A stretch of DNA of 64,000 nucleotides from the human T2T-CHM13v2.0 reference genome, Homo sapiens: the NCBI RefSeq assembly GCF_009914755.1, contig NC_060935.1; one strand, given 5' to 3'. Each line of letters starts with the position of its first letter. Position 1 is the stretch's first letter. A program made the position numbers and the translations under genes. Below are positions 1 through 16,202 of the stretch, in pieces. The notes beneath the pieces were generated by a model, which saw only the letters and a program-made list of their open reading frames with translations, was not told the DNA's origin and searched no databases.

Positions 1-87
1 GAATGATAAATCTCCTAATGATCGGTCTTCACCTACCTCACTGGTTTGTCTTTCACTGTGTCCCATGTAATGGAAATTTGCCTTTTA

Positions 88-122
88 TGTGTGTGTGTGT
101 GTGTGTGTCTGTCTGTCTGTCT
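88..122. repeat. (TG)n + (TCTG)n microsatellite
   Basis: Seen directly. Confidence 0.95.
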
Positions 123-124
123 AG

Positions 125-570
125 CATCTGAACTTTTTTCTTACATTTGGGAAATTCTACAGAGTCTTGGTGGGGAACAGGACCTGTCTCACACCTCAAA
201 ATCTGGAAAGTTCAGGTACTCATTTTTCCCTGTTCCTTGGCAGCTAGAGCACAGGAATGTGACCCAGGCTCAGCCAGTAGAACTTTGAATCTGCAGTGAG
301 TGACGCAGAAGATCATGGATAGGGGCAGTGGTAGCAGTGGTAATAGTGAGGGTGCTCTCATGTTATACAGGCAGTGGTGTCTTCACCAGACTGTTCCCGT
401 GAGTGGTTCAGCCGCAGTTCTGGCTGCCTACTCTACCTTGATACCAGCCTAATTTCAGAGCCTAGATTTTTCTAGCCTTTGCATTAGATCTGTGAGGTTA
501 CCCATTGTTTTTCCAATAAATTCCTTTTGTTTTTAAAGGAACCCAAGGTGGTTCCTGTTACTTGCACTTA
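125..570 (+). mobile_element. Ancient ERVL LTR (LTR33-like)
   Basis: 3' end ccaataaattccttttg...gttacttgca resembles the LTR33/LTR16 termini. Confidence 0.5.
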
Positions 571-1432
571 CACGAAGAGCCTTAGTTATACCACCCTCCA
601 GCACCAGGTGCCCCATTCACATTAAATACTCACAGTTCTTCCAAACTAACCATGCTTGCCTCCACTTCGGGGCTTTCTCACATTCTCTTCTACCTGGAAT
701 ACCCTTTATCCCATTCTTGATCTGTTTGACTCTTGATGCTGCTTGAGAACTCAGCTCTGTTGTCCTGTCACTCTTTCTGCGAATCTTTCCCCAGATGTCA
801 AGATTGTGTTAGCTCCTCAGTGCTCCCACAAAATCCTCTGCTTATCTCTATTACAGTACTTGTCACACTCTGCTGTAATTGTCTTTATATTCCTTGGGAA
901 CATAGGCCAGTATTATGTTGAGTATCTTTGTACTGTCTTTGGCAAATAATAATTATGATCTAAATTTTATTTGTCAAATGAGTGAACAATTCTATTGAAT
1001 TATACACTGTTAAATTATACAGTTATATTAAAATTTATTTGCATATCTGTTTTCCCTAATAAACTGTGAACATTTTAAGAGCACAGACCTAGTTCTTCAT
1101 CTTTATATCCTTAGTTTATAGGATATAAAAGTGCCTCCCAGCACTGTGGGAGGCTGATGCAAGAGAACTGCTTAAGGCTAGGAGTTTGAGACCAGCCTGG
1201 GCAATATAGCAAGACCTCATCTCTATTTATTTTTTAAATTAATATAAACAATGTTAAAAAATAAAAACAAAAAATAGGCCAGGCACAGTGGCTCATGCCT
1301 ATCTAATCTCAGTACTTGGCTCGTAGTAGATGCTGAGGAAACACTGGATACGTGAACAAATGAATGAATGGCAGGATTGTTGTTTTAGAATTTCAGTTAA
1401 ATAGTTTTCCCCAAAAGAAGGTATCTTCTTCC

Positions 1433-1690
<258 letters not shown>

Positions 1691-1769
1691 CTTCTTTGAC
1701 CGTGTATGTAAAGATAATGTACCTGTACTTGGCTCATACTGAGTAATTGACATTCTCAGTTTCTTCCAT

Positions 1770-1919
1770 GTGCTAGGATTGGTAGCCTGTTTATTAATAG
1801 GAAGATAGTGTATGCACATGAAACTGTAACTATTTGAGAGGTCAGTGCTAGGATTGGTAGTCTGTTTATTAATAGGAAGATAGTGTGTACACATGAAACG
1901 GTAACTATTTGAGAGGTCA
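1770..1919. repeat. 75-bp tandem duplication (2 copies, 4 mismatches)
   Basis: gtgctaggattggtag...gagaggtca at 1770-1844 and 1845-1919. Confidence 0.95.
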
Positions 1920-2158
1920 GTATTTTATGTGCCAAGGGAGTGATATGGACAGATGTTGGTTCAGTGTCATGCTAAATGTAACATCTTAATTGAGCCACTG
2001 AAAGTGTAATACCTAAAGCAAATATGTAGGATATGGCTGTTGGTTAATTGGATTGATTAAAATGGGAGCCAAAGGAGGCTTTGTCTTTCTGTTTTACTTG
2101 CCTTAGATACTGCTTATATCGGACTGATTTGTTGGAGTTTTTCCTTATTCCTTTTTAG

Positions 2159-2332
2159 GTCCAAGACAACTTTGACAAGATTGAATTCAATAGGATGTGT
2201 TGGACCCTCTGTGTCAAAAAAAACCTCACAAAGAATCCCCTGCTCATTACAGAAGAAGATGCATTTAAAATATGGGTTATTTTCAACTTTTTATCTGAGG
2301 ACAAGTATCCATTAATTATTGTGTCAGAAGAG
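2159..2332 (+). CDS. SWAP70: SWAP70 exon 3 (V81-E138: [18 protein letters not shown]...IIVSEE)
   Basis: Acceptor ctttttag|GTC, donor GAG|gtaagg; 174 nt, phase 0/0; translation matches human SWAP70. Confidence 0.97.
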
Positions 2333-3496
2333 GTAAGGTGTGGCTTGGGGAGTTTTTACTTGGTCATTTTAGCATTTAATAGACCTGGCTTGGTATTTTT
2401 TCTGTTAATTCAGCATAGATATGGAAGGAGATCCTTGGCTAGTGTTTTTGGATCAGAGGCAAAGCAGCCTGAGTATAGAAAAGCTCCAAATATAGTAATT
2501 TGGGGCATGTAATACCCCTGGAGATTTACAGGGAAAGTGGGTCTCTTCTTCTCTAAATGGCTATGATGATAAGTGAATCTATCCTCATGTCCAAAGAGTA
2601 TTCTGTACAAGTCACAACATAATTTTCATACTACTTGCATATTGACAAAACGTAACTGGCTGAGTGCTGGTATACATGGGAAACACATGAGATCCAGAAT
2701 GTTGTTTTCAGGGCTGTTTTGTGTGAGTAAATACTATTCTTGTTTCAAAGTCCAGGGTGATGACTTTCCATACCTTTCAAAGTAAAAGAAAGAGAATGCT
2801 TGTTTTGTTATTTTCCCTAAACTTCCAAAGGAAAAAAATAATAGGAGTAAGGCTTCTGTGCTAACTGTCCTAAAAAGTGACACATGTTAATACATGGTTA
2901 TTACAGTAGAAAATTCAGAAAAGATTAATATACACAATTAAAATCAGCTGTAGTCCCCACACTTTAAAAAAAGTCATCTATAATCCCTTAACCTTGGACA
3001 AATTATTTAACCTGCAAGTCTTCATTTTCTCATCTGTGAAATAAAGCCAATTACAATGTTTAGTCTAAGGGTTATGAAATTCTGCATTTAAAGGGTTTAG
3101 TTTAATGCCTGGCACATAGTATGTACTCAGTAACTCTTAAGACTACTCTTATTACATGCATTTTTGCATACTAGTCTGATTATTTTCTTTGAATAAACTT
3201 CCAGCAGTGGAATTCTGAGTCCTAAGAAATGCACACTTTCAGGGTATTAGATGAACAAGGCAAAGTTGCCCTTCAGAAAGGCTGTACCAAGGCATTAAAG
3301 GGTGGGAAGGATTTTGGCCAATAGTGAAGGCAGAGGAGAATTCTGGATGGAAGCAACAGTAGGCAGTGTTTTATGAGTCAGGAAAGCAAAGGGCATGTTC
3401 TAAAAGGAGTGAGGGAGGTATCCAGCTTGACTGAGTTGCCAGTCAGGATGCTTACTTAGAAACAGCCACACTGGCTGATTCAAGCCAAAAGGGGAT

Positions 3497-3962
<466 letters not shown>

Positions 3963-4173
3963 TAAAAGGGAATTTTTTAAAAGTATGCTGGATAGCTTAC
4001 AGAATCATCATGATGGCTTAAAAAACAGGTGTGGAGGCTATGCAATTTGGTCTGTCCTATTTACTGTACTGGCCACTCCATGAGGAACAACAAGGAAAAT
4101 GCTGCTCCCACCAGAGGATGGGTGTTGCACTTATACCATGGAACACATCTGGTCCTGGACACTGATTGCTGCC

Positions 4174-4516
4174 TGTATTAGTCCATTTTCATGCTGCTGA
4201 TAAAGACATACCCAAGACTGGGCAATTTATATAAGAAAGAGGTTTAATGAACTTACAGTTCCACATGGCTGGGGAGGGCTTACAATCATGGCAGAAGGTG
4301 AAAGCATGTCTCACATGGTGGCAGACAAGAGAAGAGAGCTTGTGCAGGGAAACTCTCCTTTATAAAGCCATCAGATCTCATGAGACTTATTCGCTATTAC
4401 GAGAACAGCACGGGAAAGACCTGCCCCCATGATTCAGTTACCTCCCACCAGGTCCCTCTCACAACACCTGGGAATTCAAGGTGAGATTTGGGTAGGGACA
4501 CAGCCAAACCATATCA
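4174..4516 (-). mobile_element. THE1 (MaLR) solo LTR
   Basis: tgtattagtccattttcatgctgctgataaagacatacc...ccaaaccatatca; 5-bp TSD ctgcc on both sides. Confidence 0.92.
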
Positions 4517-4799
4517 CTGCCCCAGAACTCAACTTTTCCTGGAACTGTTCTTCCTATGAGGGGGAGTTCTCCATAGTGCCCACTTCCCAATTATCATCAG
4601 GGCATGATGTATCTAATTGGCATGGCCTAGGTCAGGCACTGTGCACTAGCTGCAACGGAGTCTTGGAAAGGATACATTTGCATTTTCAGCTTCTACATTG
4701 GCAGGTAGGGGTTTCCCCAGACATAAGAAAAGGGTTAAATGCTGGGCAGTCAAAAAAGAATGATACATGTCCTTTCTTACTGGAACATGATGGCTGTGA

Positions 4800-5830
4800 A
4801 GAAGATAGGCGGTAGATGAAGCTGGAGAGTTTTGACTTTATCCTGTAGGCAGTGTGGAAAGATGAGCCACTGATGATTTTTGAGGAAGAGAGTGATAGGT
4901 GAATAGATGAAATACGGAGACATGGGAGGTGAGAAGTTGAGAGAAGCTAAGTGGCATTGAGGACTAAAATACAGTGAGAATGGAAAAGAAGGCCAGATGG
5001 GAAGAACCTAGAGGTCACAGGACCAAGCATATAGTGCCTGGCTGTGGGGAAGCAGAGACAAGTTTCAGGCCTGGGCAACTGGGGAATAATATAGTATATT
5101 TGTTTAAAGCATAGTCTCTGAAATCAGACTGACTGGTTTGAAACCCACCTCTACCACTTATTAGCTTTGTGACAAATTACTCACTCTCTCTGTTTGGGGT
5201 TCCCCATCTGTAAAATGGGGATAACTACTTTCTTCATTGGACTCTGTGAGGATTGAAAAAGTTGATGTATGTGAAACATTTATTAAAGTGCCTGGACCCA
5301 TGGTAGCTGCTCACTAAAAGGGGTGTGTGTGAATGAATGGTAGGATGATGAACAAATTTGGGACATATTGCATGGTGGTGGGTTTGGTACATTTGGGATT
5401 TTAGGTGGAACATCCTTGTGGAGCTGTGCACTAGAAGTGTTTATCTACAGCTTGTGAGAGGCCAGGGCTGGAGACAGAGGTGGGGAAACCACAAGAGTAG
5501 GTTAGATCAGGGAGGAAGACTGTAGTTGGAGACATGAGTGCCAAGGACGGAACCTTGGGACCATTTCTGTAGCAGAAAGAGGAAGTCGATTTGGCAAAGG
5601 AAGCTGAATTGAACACGCTATGAGGTAGGAGAACTGAGAGAGTGCTGAGTCATAGATGTCTAAGAAACACAAAGTTTTAAGAAGCACAGAAGTAGTTACT
5701 GGCATTAGATGCTATGGAAAAATTAGACAATGGTAAGTGAGACGTTGCCCTTGGATTTAACAATTAGGTGCTCGCTGGTGATCAAGGAGAAGGCAGTTTC
5801 GCTGTAGTGGTGGGAACAGTTTCTTAGTGC
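4800..5830. mobile_element. Degenerate L2 with embedded MIR (~5090-5320)
   Basis: L2-like gactttatcctgtaggcag...gagccactga; MIR core ccccatctgtaaaatggggataa. Confidence 0.6.
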
Positions 5831-6035
5831 TTAATAACAATGATGTAATCGTGTATGTATGTTAAAAAGGAAATGAAAAATAAAACATGCTATGAAATTT
5901 TTGTCCAAGGAAATTGTCTAGCTTAATACAGAGGTGTATAGAAGGGAATGTCTGTAGAAAAGAATATCCCAGTGGTGGTTTTAAAACCTAGCTGCTGCTT
6001 GAAAGAATTGTGCAAATAAAATTTACAGTATTTTA

Positions 6036-6364
6036 GGCTAAGTGTGCTGGCTCAAGCCTATAATCCCAGCACTTTGGGAGGCTGAGGCGGGCAGATCGCT
6101 TGAGCTCATGAGTTCAAGACTAGCCTGGGCAACATGGTGAAACCCTGTGTCTACAAAAAAATACAAAAATTAGCTGGGCATGGTGGTGTGCACCTGTTGT
6201 CCCAGCCACTTGGGAGGCTTAGGTGGGAGGATGGCTTGAGTCTGAAAGGGTGGTTTGAGCCTGGGAGGTGGAGCTTGCAGTGAGCAGAGAGTGGCATCAT
6301 GCCACTGCATTGTAGCCTGGGAGATAGAGCCAGACCTTGTCTCAAAAAAAAAAAAAAAAAAAAA
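6036..6364 (+). mobile_element. AluJ
   Basis: Full dimer, poly-A tail, TSD ttacagtatttta. Confidence 0.92.
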
Positions 6365-7504
6365 TTACAGTATTTTAAAACATTTTGTAGTTATACTGTG
6401 TTCCACAATTAATTGTGTTTTCTTTGAAAAACTGGATGTGGGGTGGGTCTCTTACCCTTGATGTTTTGTTTTTTTCCATCACTAAAATATTTGGTGGACT
6501 TGAAAGTGACCTTGTCCTGATTTCAGAATTAGAAATTTAGTGAGTGTTTTTATTGCCTTAGGCAGCACTTGCTTAATGTGGATGACATGTCAATGGCATT
6601 AAATCACCATTGAGCCACAGGCTGTGAAGGGAGCCAGTCAGCATCAGTTTTCTGACTATTGTGCCTAAGAAACTCAAAAGATTTGTGCTGCAGGCATCCC
6701 GAAGGATTGGGACCCACATGGGCCTTGATGTGCGTTTCTGTAGGCCAGAGCCCAGCCAAGGCTCCTGGCATGTTTTTCTTCACCTTTGCAGGCTAACAGA
6801 AATGTCTTGATTCTCTTTCAAATCAAGTTAATCTCATTTGAGAAGTGAACAGCCTTTCTTTGATTTGTTAGAATAGCCAGGCAGCATACCTTGTCATGTT
6901 ACTGTTTGGACTCACTCTGTGCTTTGACAGCTTTTACTCTCTCATCATTTCTTCTGGTTAGAAGTAGAATGTGAGTTAGTTTTATAGATTTTCCTCTGGG
7001 GCCAGGAGTGCTTGTGTGGGGAAAGAAGGGATCATTGGAGTAGATTTATGTGAGATTGCTTTGTCTAGCTGCTGAGGTTAATCACATGGATTTGTATTTA
7101 TGAAGCTCTTAGCCTATCACCTGGCCTTTGACCAAGCACTGCAAACTCAAGGTTATGCTATATTATGAAAAATACATTCTCTGTTAGCTTTTGCTTCCTT
7201 TCTGAATAATAACACTTCAAAAACTATATTTGGACTGATTGTAGACTTACAGATTTTAATAAAATTTAATGTGAAAACAGATATATTTAAAAAATAAATT
7301 TTGAAGTATAATGTCATAATTTTTCATGAACATATAGGTGGGTTTAACTTGTTATCTTATCAGTAGTTTTTAGGATTTATAAATTTGAAGTAATACTTCT
7401 TTCCAATAATCCACTTACCGTAATGATCATTTGCATTTTGTTTAGAGTGTTTTTTAAGAAAGATTTTTTTTTTAAGCCTTAATTAATACAATGTAAAATA
7501 TAAC

Positions 7505-8233
<729 letters not shown>

Positions 8234-9502
8234 GTTAATGTTTGCTTTTGATTCAGTTTTCTGTTACCCAGAAAGTAGTGTCAAGTATGTTAAATAAATA
8301 TTTAAGTGACTTACATAGTGAAGTTAAGATGTTTCTGTCACATAGTTGTAAGAAATAGTGTGTCCCCATTTGAGTTCGTTCCATAATTTTTGTTAGACTA
8401 TATTCCTGGAAATATGTGCCTGCCAAGTACAGTTTTTATTTAGTATTTGTTTCTCACAGAACCAGGAACAAAACAGGATGTGTCTCTTGTGTACCTATTT
8501 GGAAGAATTGCCTTGATGCAGTTAAAAATTGAACCTGAAATAGTTTTAAGAGACCCTAAATAAATAAAACCTATTAAGCCAATAAAATGCCCCTTATTAA
8601 TGATGATAGAGAAAGCATTTTTAATAAAATAAATTTTGGAACTGAAGGCCTCGAAAATCACATGCATCTTGAAAGTTTTTTCTTTGTTATTTTTGGTGAA
8701 ACTTGCTTGGAAGGAGGAAGTAAGCTGCTTCCTGAAACTGAATGAGCTCTTAGAATTGATGCAGGCCACTAGAGACTAAAACGGCAACACATGATTTATT
8801 ATTTAGTATAATTGAATAGTGGAGAATGGTAATGTTTGTCTCTCCTTGGCCCAATATAATGAATCAAAAGGCCCTTAAGTTATTTGGTTATGATACGTAT
8901 ATGATTGTGTTGAAAGTCAGCAGGAAATGAATCTAGATTAGTTGTCTGGCACAGTCACTGGGAATGCTGAGCAGATCGAAGCTGGGTGCTAATGACAACT
9001 TCATAAGGCTTGGGAGGGCACCTTCAGAAAGGTTCAGGATGAACCTGGCAAGCTACTTCTAGAGCTGAGTTTGCTACTAATAGGCGCTTTCTGAGTTACA
9101 AACATAACAAGTCATCTGATTTTGAAGAAACTGAAGCTTGGAGTGTGAATGACGTGGGTTCAGTAAGAGGTAGGTGAGGAAGAGCTAAGGCTGATTCTTG
9201 ACTTGTGCCAGGACATGGTCAATCGGCTCTACCATCTTGTCTCACCCACGTGTAGTCATACTGCACACACATGTGGCTATACACATGTGCTTCCTTTGCC
9301 TTGCTACTAAAACTTCGACTTGTGCCTGTACTCCCTGTACCCCAAGTTGTAATCTGCCAGCCTGGGCCCTTCTTTTTGCTGCCTTAGGGAGATTGAATTT
9401 CTGTACCTGTTAATGCTACTGCTTATTGTACCTTGAGCAATTGTTTATCTTAATGTCCTTTTTGACTCTCTTTTTCTTGCTTTTATCTCTTCAATCTCTT
9501 CT

Positions 9503-9811
<309 letters not shown>

Positions 9812-10142
9812 TAATCTTTTTATATCTTTCTCTTTTCTGTCCCATTTTCTCCTTCCCTCTTCCCTTTTCCCTTTTTCTTAACATTTTCTTTTTTTCTCTT
9901 CCTCTGCCTATCCCTGTTACTTCTCTTTAAAGAGCCAAGGAAATACCTGATAATATCTGATAAGTTTAACAGTAGATGACATATCTCCAACAAGAGAAAG
10001 AAAAGATCTAAGCGTGTTTTTCTCCAACAAGTAAATTTTGGTAAACACTTACCATGTGCTGTTTTTAGGGTATAAGATAAATCTTTGTCCTAAAAGAGCT
10101 TACAGCATCTCATCAAATTAAATCAATAGACCTTTTAATATA

Positions 10143-10451
10143 TTTTTTCTTTCTTTCTTTTTTTTTTTTTTAATGAGATAGGGCCTTGTTCTGTTGCCCA
10201 AGCTCAAGTGCAGTGTTGTGGTCATAGCTCACTGTAACCTCAAACTCCTTGGCTCAAGTAGTCTTCCCTGTTTAGCCTCCTGAGTAGCTGGGACTACAGG
10301 CATGTACCACCACACCTGGCTAACTTTTTAATTTTTCTGTAAAGATGAGATCTTGCCATGTTGCCTAGGCTGATCTTGAATTCCTGGCCCCAAGTGATGC
10401 TCCTGTCTCAGCTTCCCAAAGGGATTACAGGCTTGAGCCATCACACCTGGC
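10143..10451 (-). mobile_element. AluJ
   Basis: Diverged dimer with poly-T head. Confidence 0.88.
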
Positions 10452-11138
10452 TTCTCTTGATATTTTTTGAACTTGTGATATTTTGTGAATATATATGCCT
10501 TTGCAAACATGCATGTCTATTTTTCTGTTAAAATATGTTATTTTACAAAAAACATTATAACCAAATTATTGGAAATGCAAAGAAGAAAAAGGAAAAAAAT
10601 TAACTCATGATCCTATTGTAACAAATTAAACCTACTATTTCTGACAAATAGTTGTCAAAATAATTACATAATCTTCGTGCAGTAGAAGTAATAGGTAAAT
10701 TTAGTTTTGTATTCTTCACTTTCTTTTGTTTCATAAATGCTTTCTTTAAATGTAATTTTGAATGGTTGAATAGTATTTCACTCAGTGCAGAAGGGAAGCA
10801 ACATCAGTGGAGTACCTACTATGTGATGGGCATTGTGCAAATTGCTCCGTATTTATCTCATTTCACCCCACAGCATTTCTGTAAGTATTATTATGCCCAT
10901 TTCATAGATGAGAAAATTAAGGCTTAGCTTAGTTAATTTCAGTTTAGCAAACATTAGTTGAGCTCTGAGGTACCACGCTGAGCTTTGGGGATTAAAGATG
11001 AGTGGGACATGGTTCCTCCTACAAGGAATGCAGAAAATGGTAGAAAAGCGAATGAGTGAAAATACGTTAAGTGCAGTGACCTAGAAAAGGAACACGTGAC
11101 CTGGGTTAGGGTTGGTCAGAGCAGGTTTGCTAAAGCAG

Positions 11139-11300
11139 CAGTGCTTCTCAAAACTTTAGTGTGCAAATGGAAGTACTAGGGGTTTTAATTAAAATACAGA
11201 TTCTGATTTTTGGTCCTTTGGTTGGTCTGACAGTCTTCATTTCTAACAAGCTTCCAGGTGGTGCCGACGTCACTGGTCCGCACGCTTCGTTTTGAGTAGG
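11139..11300. mobile_element. MER5-type hAT-Charlie MITE
   Basis: cagtgcttctcaaa...catttctaacaagcttccaggtg. Confidence 0.7.
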
Positions 11301-11449
11301 AATATTCTAGAGGATGTAGGACTTGAATAAATACCAATTAACTGGGTCGAGAGGTGGGAAAAGGTATTCTAGACAGAGAAGACAGAGTGGGGAATGACAT
11401 AAAGCATAAGGAAAATATGGTAAGAGGGTAAACTACTTATAATCTATGG

Positions 11450-11645
11450 CAAGTGGTGGCAAACTACAGCTTGCTGGCTGAATCCAGCCCACAGCCTATA
11501 TTTGTGTGGCACATGTGCTAAGGAATAGTTTTTATATTTCTAAAGGGTTGTAAAAAAACAAAATCAAGGAAGAACACATGATAGGGAGGCACAAAGCTTA
11601 AATATTTACTGTTCAACCCTTTACAGTAAAAGTTTGCATCCCCTG
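11450..11645. mobile_element. MER58-type hAT-Charlie MITE
   Basis: ggcaaactacagc...aatccagccc...ttacagtaaaagtttgcatcccctg. Confidence 0.7.
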
Positions 11646-12440
11646 ATCTATGGTATTGGTGGTATTGGTGGAGTGTAAAGTCTGAGGTGGGACATGTTTG
11701 AGAAAGTAGGCTGGGGGATGATCACCAAGGGATGCAGAGGAGCTTGGCCTCTGTCTTTGAGGTGATAGGGAGCCAGGGCAGGGCTTAAAGAGGGGAGTGT
11801 CAGGCTCTGGCTTTTGTTTTAGAAAAATCCCTCTGGCAGAATATGTATAAAAGGTGGCGACCTGGAGGTACAGATACCAACCAGGAGGCCCGACCAAAAG
11901 CAGATCAAATAGGAGTGACAGAGTTCAGAGCTGCCTGGGACAAAGTTTTAAATTTTATTTTCACTGCAACCCATAGGAAGATAAACATTTTATATCATGA
12001 CCCAGCACACACACACACTCACAGCAAAACTTATCACAAAACACTATTTCTTTATTGTGGATGAACTCACATGTTTTTCATTCCATTAAAAAAAAATGCT
12101 GGTTGCTACCCACTAAGTTGACTTCATAGTGGGCCATAACCCACAGTTTTCAAACTTATTAGGGAGCTCATTTAGGGAAATAAAACAGCAGGATTATATC
12201 CTTGGTTTGATGTTGGGGGTGGGGAGCAAGAATCCTGACATGGATGTGTGAATGGTGTTATTCCTAATGGAAATCAATAATACAGCGGGGAAGCCATTTG
12301 GAAAGTAGAGAGGATTCATTCATTTTTGACATATGTTGAGTTTGAGAGCACTGTATAGGATATTTGGGCTTTCCAGAAAATAAGAGGTATCAATTCTCAT
12401 TCAGTTTTACTGCCTTATTGTTTTGTTTAACTGCTGTTAT

Positions 12441-12866
<426 letters not shown>

Positions 12867-13341
12867 TAGTGTTCCAGTGGGAGGAAGCAGCATGAATTTT
12901 AAATAATTGGCTTATGTGGAAAGTTTGTAAATTGATCAATAACTTGTACATATTACTTTGAGATGTTTAATTCAGCGCTTGTTTGTTGAGTAAGACTAAT
13001 GTTCTGATATATTGAAATATTTAACAGCGAGTAATCAGATCACATTAATTAGTTTGTATGCTGTCATATATCTGCAGTTTGTTTTAGTTCTGCAGACAAA
13101 TATACTACACTATTAGAGGGTTATCAGTTTTTGATTCCTTTACTTATTCTGCACTAATACAGACCAGTGGCATTTTATTTATACTTCTCTCCCTGTATTT
13201 TAGGAGACTCTAAAGGTAGGCATTTTTGGAACTGTAAAGAGTATTTCCTAAGTTGAACTTATCAGTGTTTATAGCATAAATACATAACTATGTTAAAGTT
13301 TTTTTTAACTAGGAAATAATTATTTCACATTCTTTATATAG

Positions 13342-13569
13342 ATTGAATACCTGCTTAAGAAGCTTACAGAAGCTATGGGAGGAGGTTGGCAGCAAGAACA
13401 ATTTGAACATTATAAAATCAACTTTGATGACAGTAAAAATGGCCTTTCTGCATGGGAACTTATTGAGCTTATTGGAAATGGACAGTTTAGCAAAGGCATG
13501 GACCGGCAGACTGTGTCTATGGCAATTAATGAAGTCTTTAATGAACTTATATTAGATGTGTTAAAGCAG
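13342..13569 (+). CDS. SWAP70: SWAP70 exon 4 (I139-Q214)
   Basis: Acceptor tatatag|ATT, donor CAG|gtaaga; 228 nt, phase 0/0; [18 protein letters not shown]...LDVLKQ. Confidence 0.97.
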
Positions 13570-13681
13570 GTAAGAATTCTGTTACTGTTTTTTTTTCTCA
13601 TCTTTAGAATTTGACATTTTAAAATTAATATTTTTGTCACAAAGATGAGTATAAGTCACTTATTTTCTTACACTGATTTCG

Positions 13682-13961
13682 TTTTTTTGTTTTTTGTTTT
13701 TTTGAGACAGTCTTGCTCTGTCGCCCAGTCTGGAGTGCAGTGACGTGATCTTGGCTTACTGCAACCTCCATCTCCTGGGTTCAAGGGATTCTCGTGCCTT
13801 GAAGGCATGCACCCCCATGCCCAGCTAATTTTTGTATATTTAGTAGAGATGGGGTTTTACCATGTTGGCCAGGCTGGTCTCGAATGCCTGACCTCAAGTG
13901 ATCCACCCACGTCGGCCTCCCAAAGTGCTGGGATTACAGGTGTGACCCACTGGGCCTGGCC
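13682..13961 (-). mobile_element. AluS with small internal deletion
   Basis: Alu dimer missing ~25 nt after ctcgtgcctt. Confidence 0.88.
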
Positions 13962-14043
13962 TGATTTTGAATAGGAATAAAATTTCTTATTTTTCCAGTC
14001 TCGTATTAGGCTTTCATTAAAAAAAATTATTTGTGCGATTTTA

Positions 14044-14532
<489 letters not shown>

Positions 14533-15785
14533 ATTTCCAAAATATTTTTAAAGTATCTTCCTGTCATGTGCACATTCATAACCACTGATCCAGAAAGATC
14601 TCCATGGCATAACGTTGAGTGAAAAAAAACCACATTGCTGAACAGGAGATATCTTGTAATCCCCTTCAGGTAATGTTAGCATGTGTGTAGAGCTGTCAGG
14701 AAGGTGCTTGCCAAAATGTTTACAGTGATCACCTCTAGATTGTGGGATTTTGGTGAATTTTTTTCTTTTTTATTCCTTTCTGTATTATTGGACTTTCTAT
14801 ATGATTTTATATTATTTTTATAAAATCAGAAAAATACCTCTACTTGTGGAAAAAAAAATACCTTTATGTAGCAAAGTTGCTTTTGTCTTATTTAGACTGT
14901 CCTCTTTTTCTCAGCACCCAGCATAGCAGATGAAGCTCGATGCTTGTTAAATACAATTTATATTTTTTTGGTGATTCTTTGAAACTTCTTACATTATTAT
15001 ATTGAATAATAACTGATTTGGGATTTCCTTACTTTGATCCTTTCTTTCTTCCATAGGTAATAGTGTTGTCTTTGTTCTTTTTTTTCCTAATGGAGCACAT
15101 CATAAATGTTGAGGCTGAATTTGTATAGGTTTTTGGTGCTACAAAGAGGTATGAGACATGGTCTCCATCTGAAGTGGAATTCTCAGCCTCTTAGGATGGC
15201 AGGATATGACTGTAGTAGAATTGCCGTATGAGATAGCTTTTTCTTAAATGTCCAAAGATTAGGAAACTGAATATGTAATATGATTAGAACTTAATATAAT
15301 AACCAACTGAAACTTACAATCAATATCATATATATTTAATGATATGTATATTCTATCATGTGCTATCAGCACCTGTAGATTTAATACTAAAAATAGCAGC
15401 TATTCTTAAACAAGCCTGAAGGGCTTTGGCCTATAATAATGTATAATTTTGCTTAAGTAAACATTTGAGTCACACACCTTTGAGGCCAGTCTGTGGGAAG
15501 GAAATACAGAACTAGTGAGTGTGAGCTTAGAAGCCACATTTAGAAGCCAGTATTTGAACTCCTGGTGCAGTATTTTCCTGTTGGTCTGGGGCAGAGTTCC
15601 TCCTTCAGAATACTGAGAGGTCAGGCAGAAAGGTAGGTTGGTACCAGAGGTGGAAGTCCTTGAATATTTGGTTTAGAAGATATATGTGGCCAAGCTTTAG
15701 CATTTTCATTGATTGAGGTTTTACTTACCTCAGTCATTTAACATTTTCATTGATTGAGGTTTTACTTATTTTATTTAAAAATTTT

Positions 15786-16202
15786 GGCTGGACGTGGTGG
15801 CTCACGCCTATAATCCCAGCACTTTGGGAGGCTGAGGTGGGCGGATCACGAGGTCAGGAGCTTGAGACCATCCTGGCCAACATGTTGAAACCCCATCTCT
15901 ATTAAAAATTCAAAAATTAGCCAGGCATGGTGGCATGCGCTTGTAGTCCCAGCTACTCAGGAGGCTGAGGCAGGAGAATCATTTGAACCTGGGAGGCAGA
16001 GAGGTTGCAGTGAGCCGAGATTGCACCCACTGCACTCCAGCCTGGGCGACAGAGCGACACTCCTAAAAAAAAATTTTTTTTTTGTAGAAATGAAGTCTCA
16101 CTATGTTGCCCACACTGATCTTGAACTCCTGGCCTCAAGCGATCCTCCTGCCTTGGCCTCCCAAAGTGCTGGGATTACAGGCATGAGCCACTGCATCAGG
16201 CC
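15786..16202. mobile_element. Sense AluS (15786-16072) abutting an antisense Alu left monomer (16073-16202)
   Basis: aaaaatttt flanks the sense Alu; tgat(t/c)gaggtttta flanks the composite. Confidence 0.88.
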
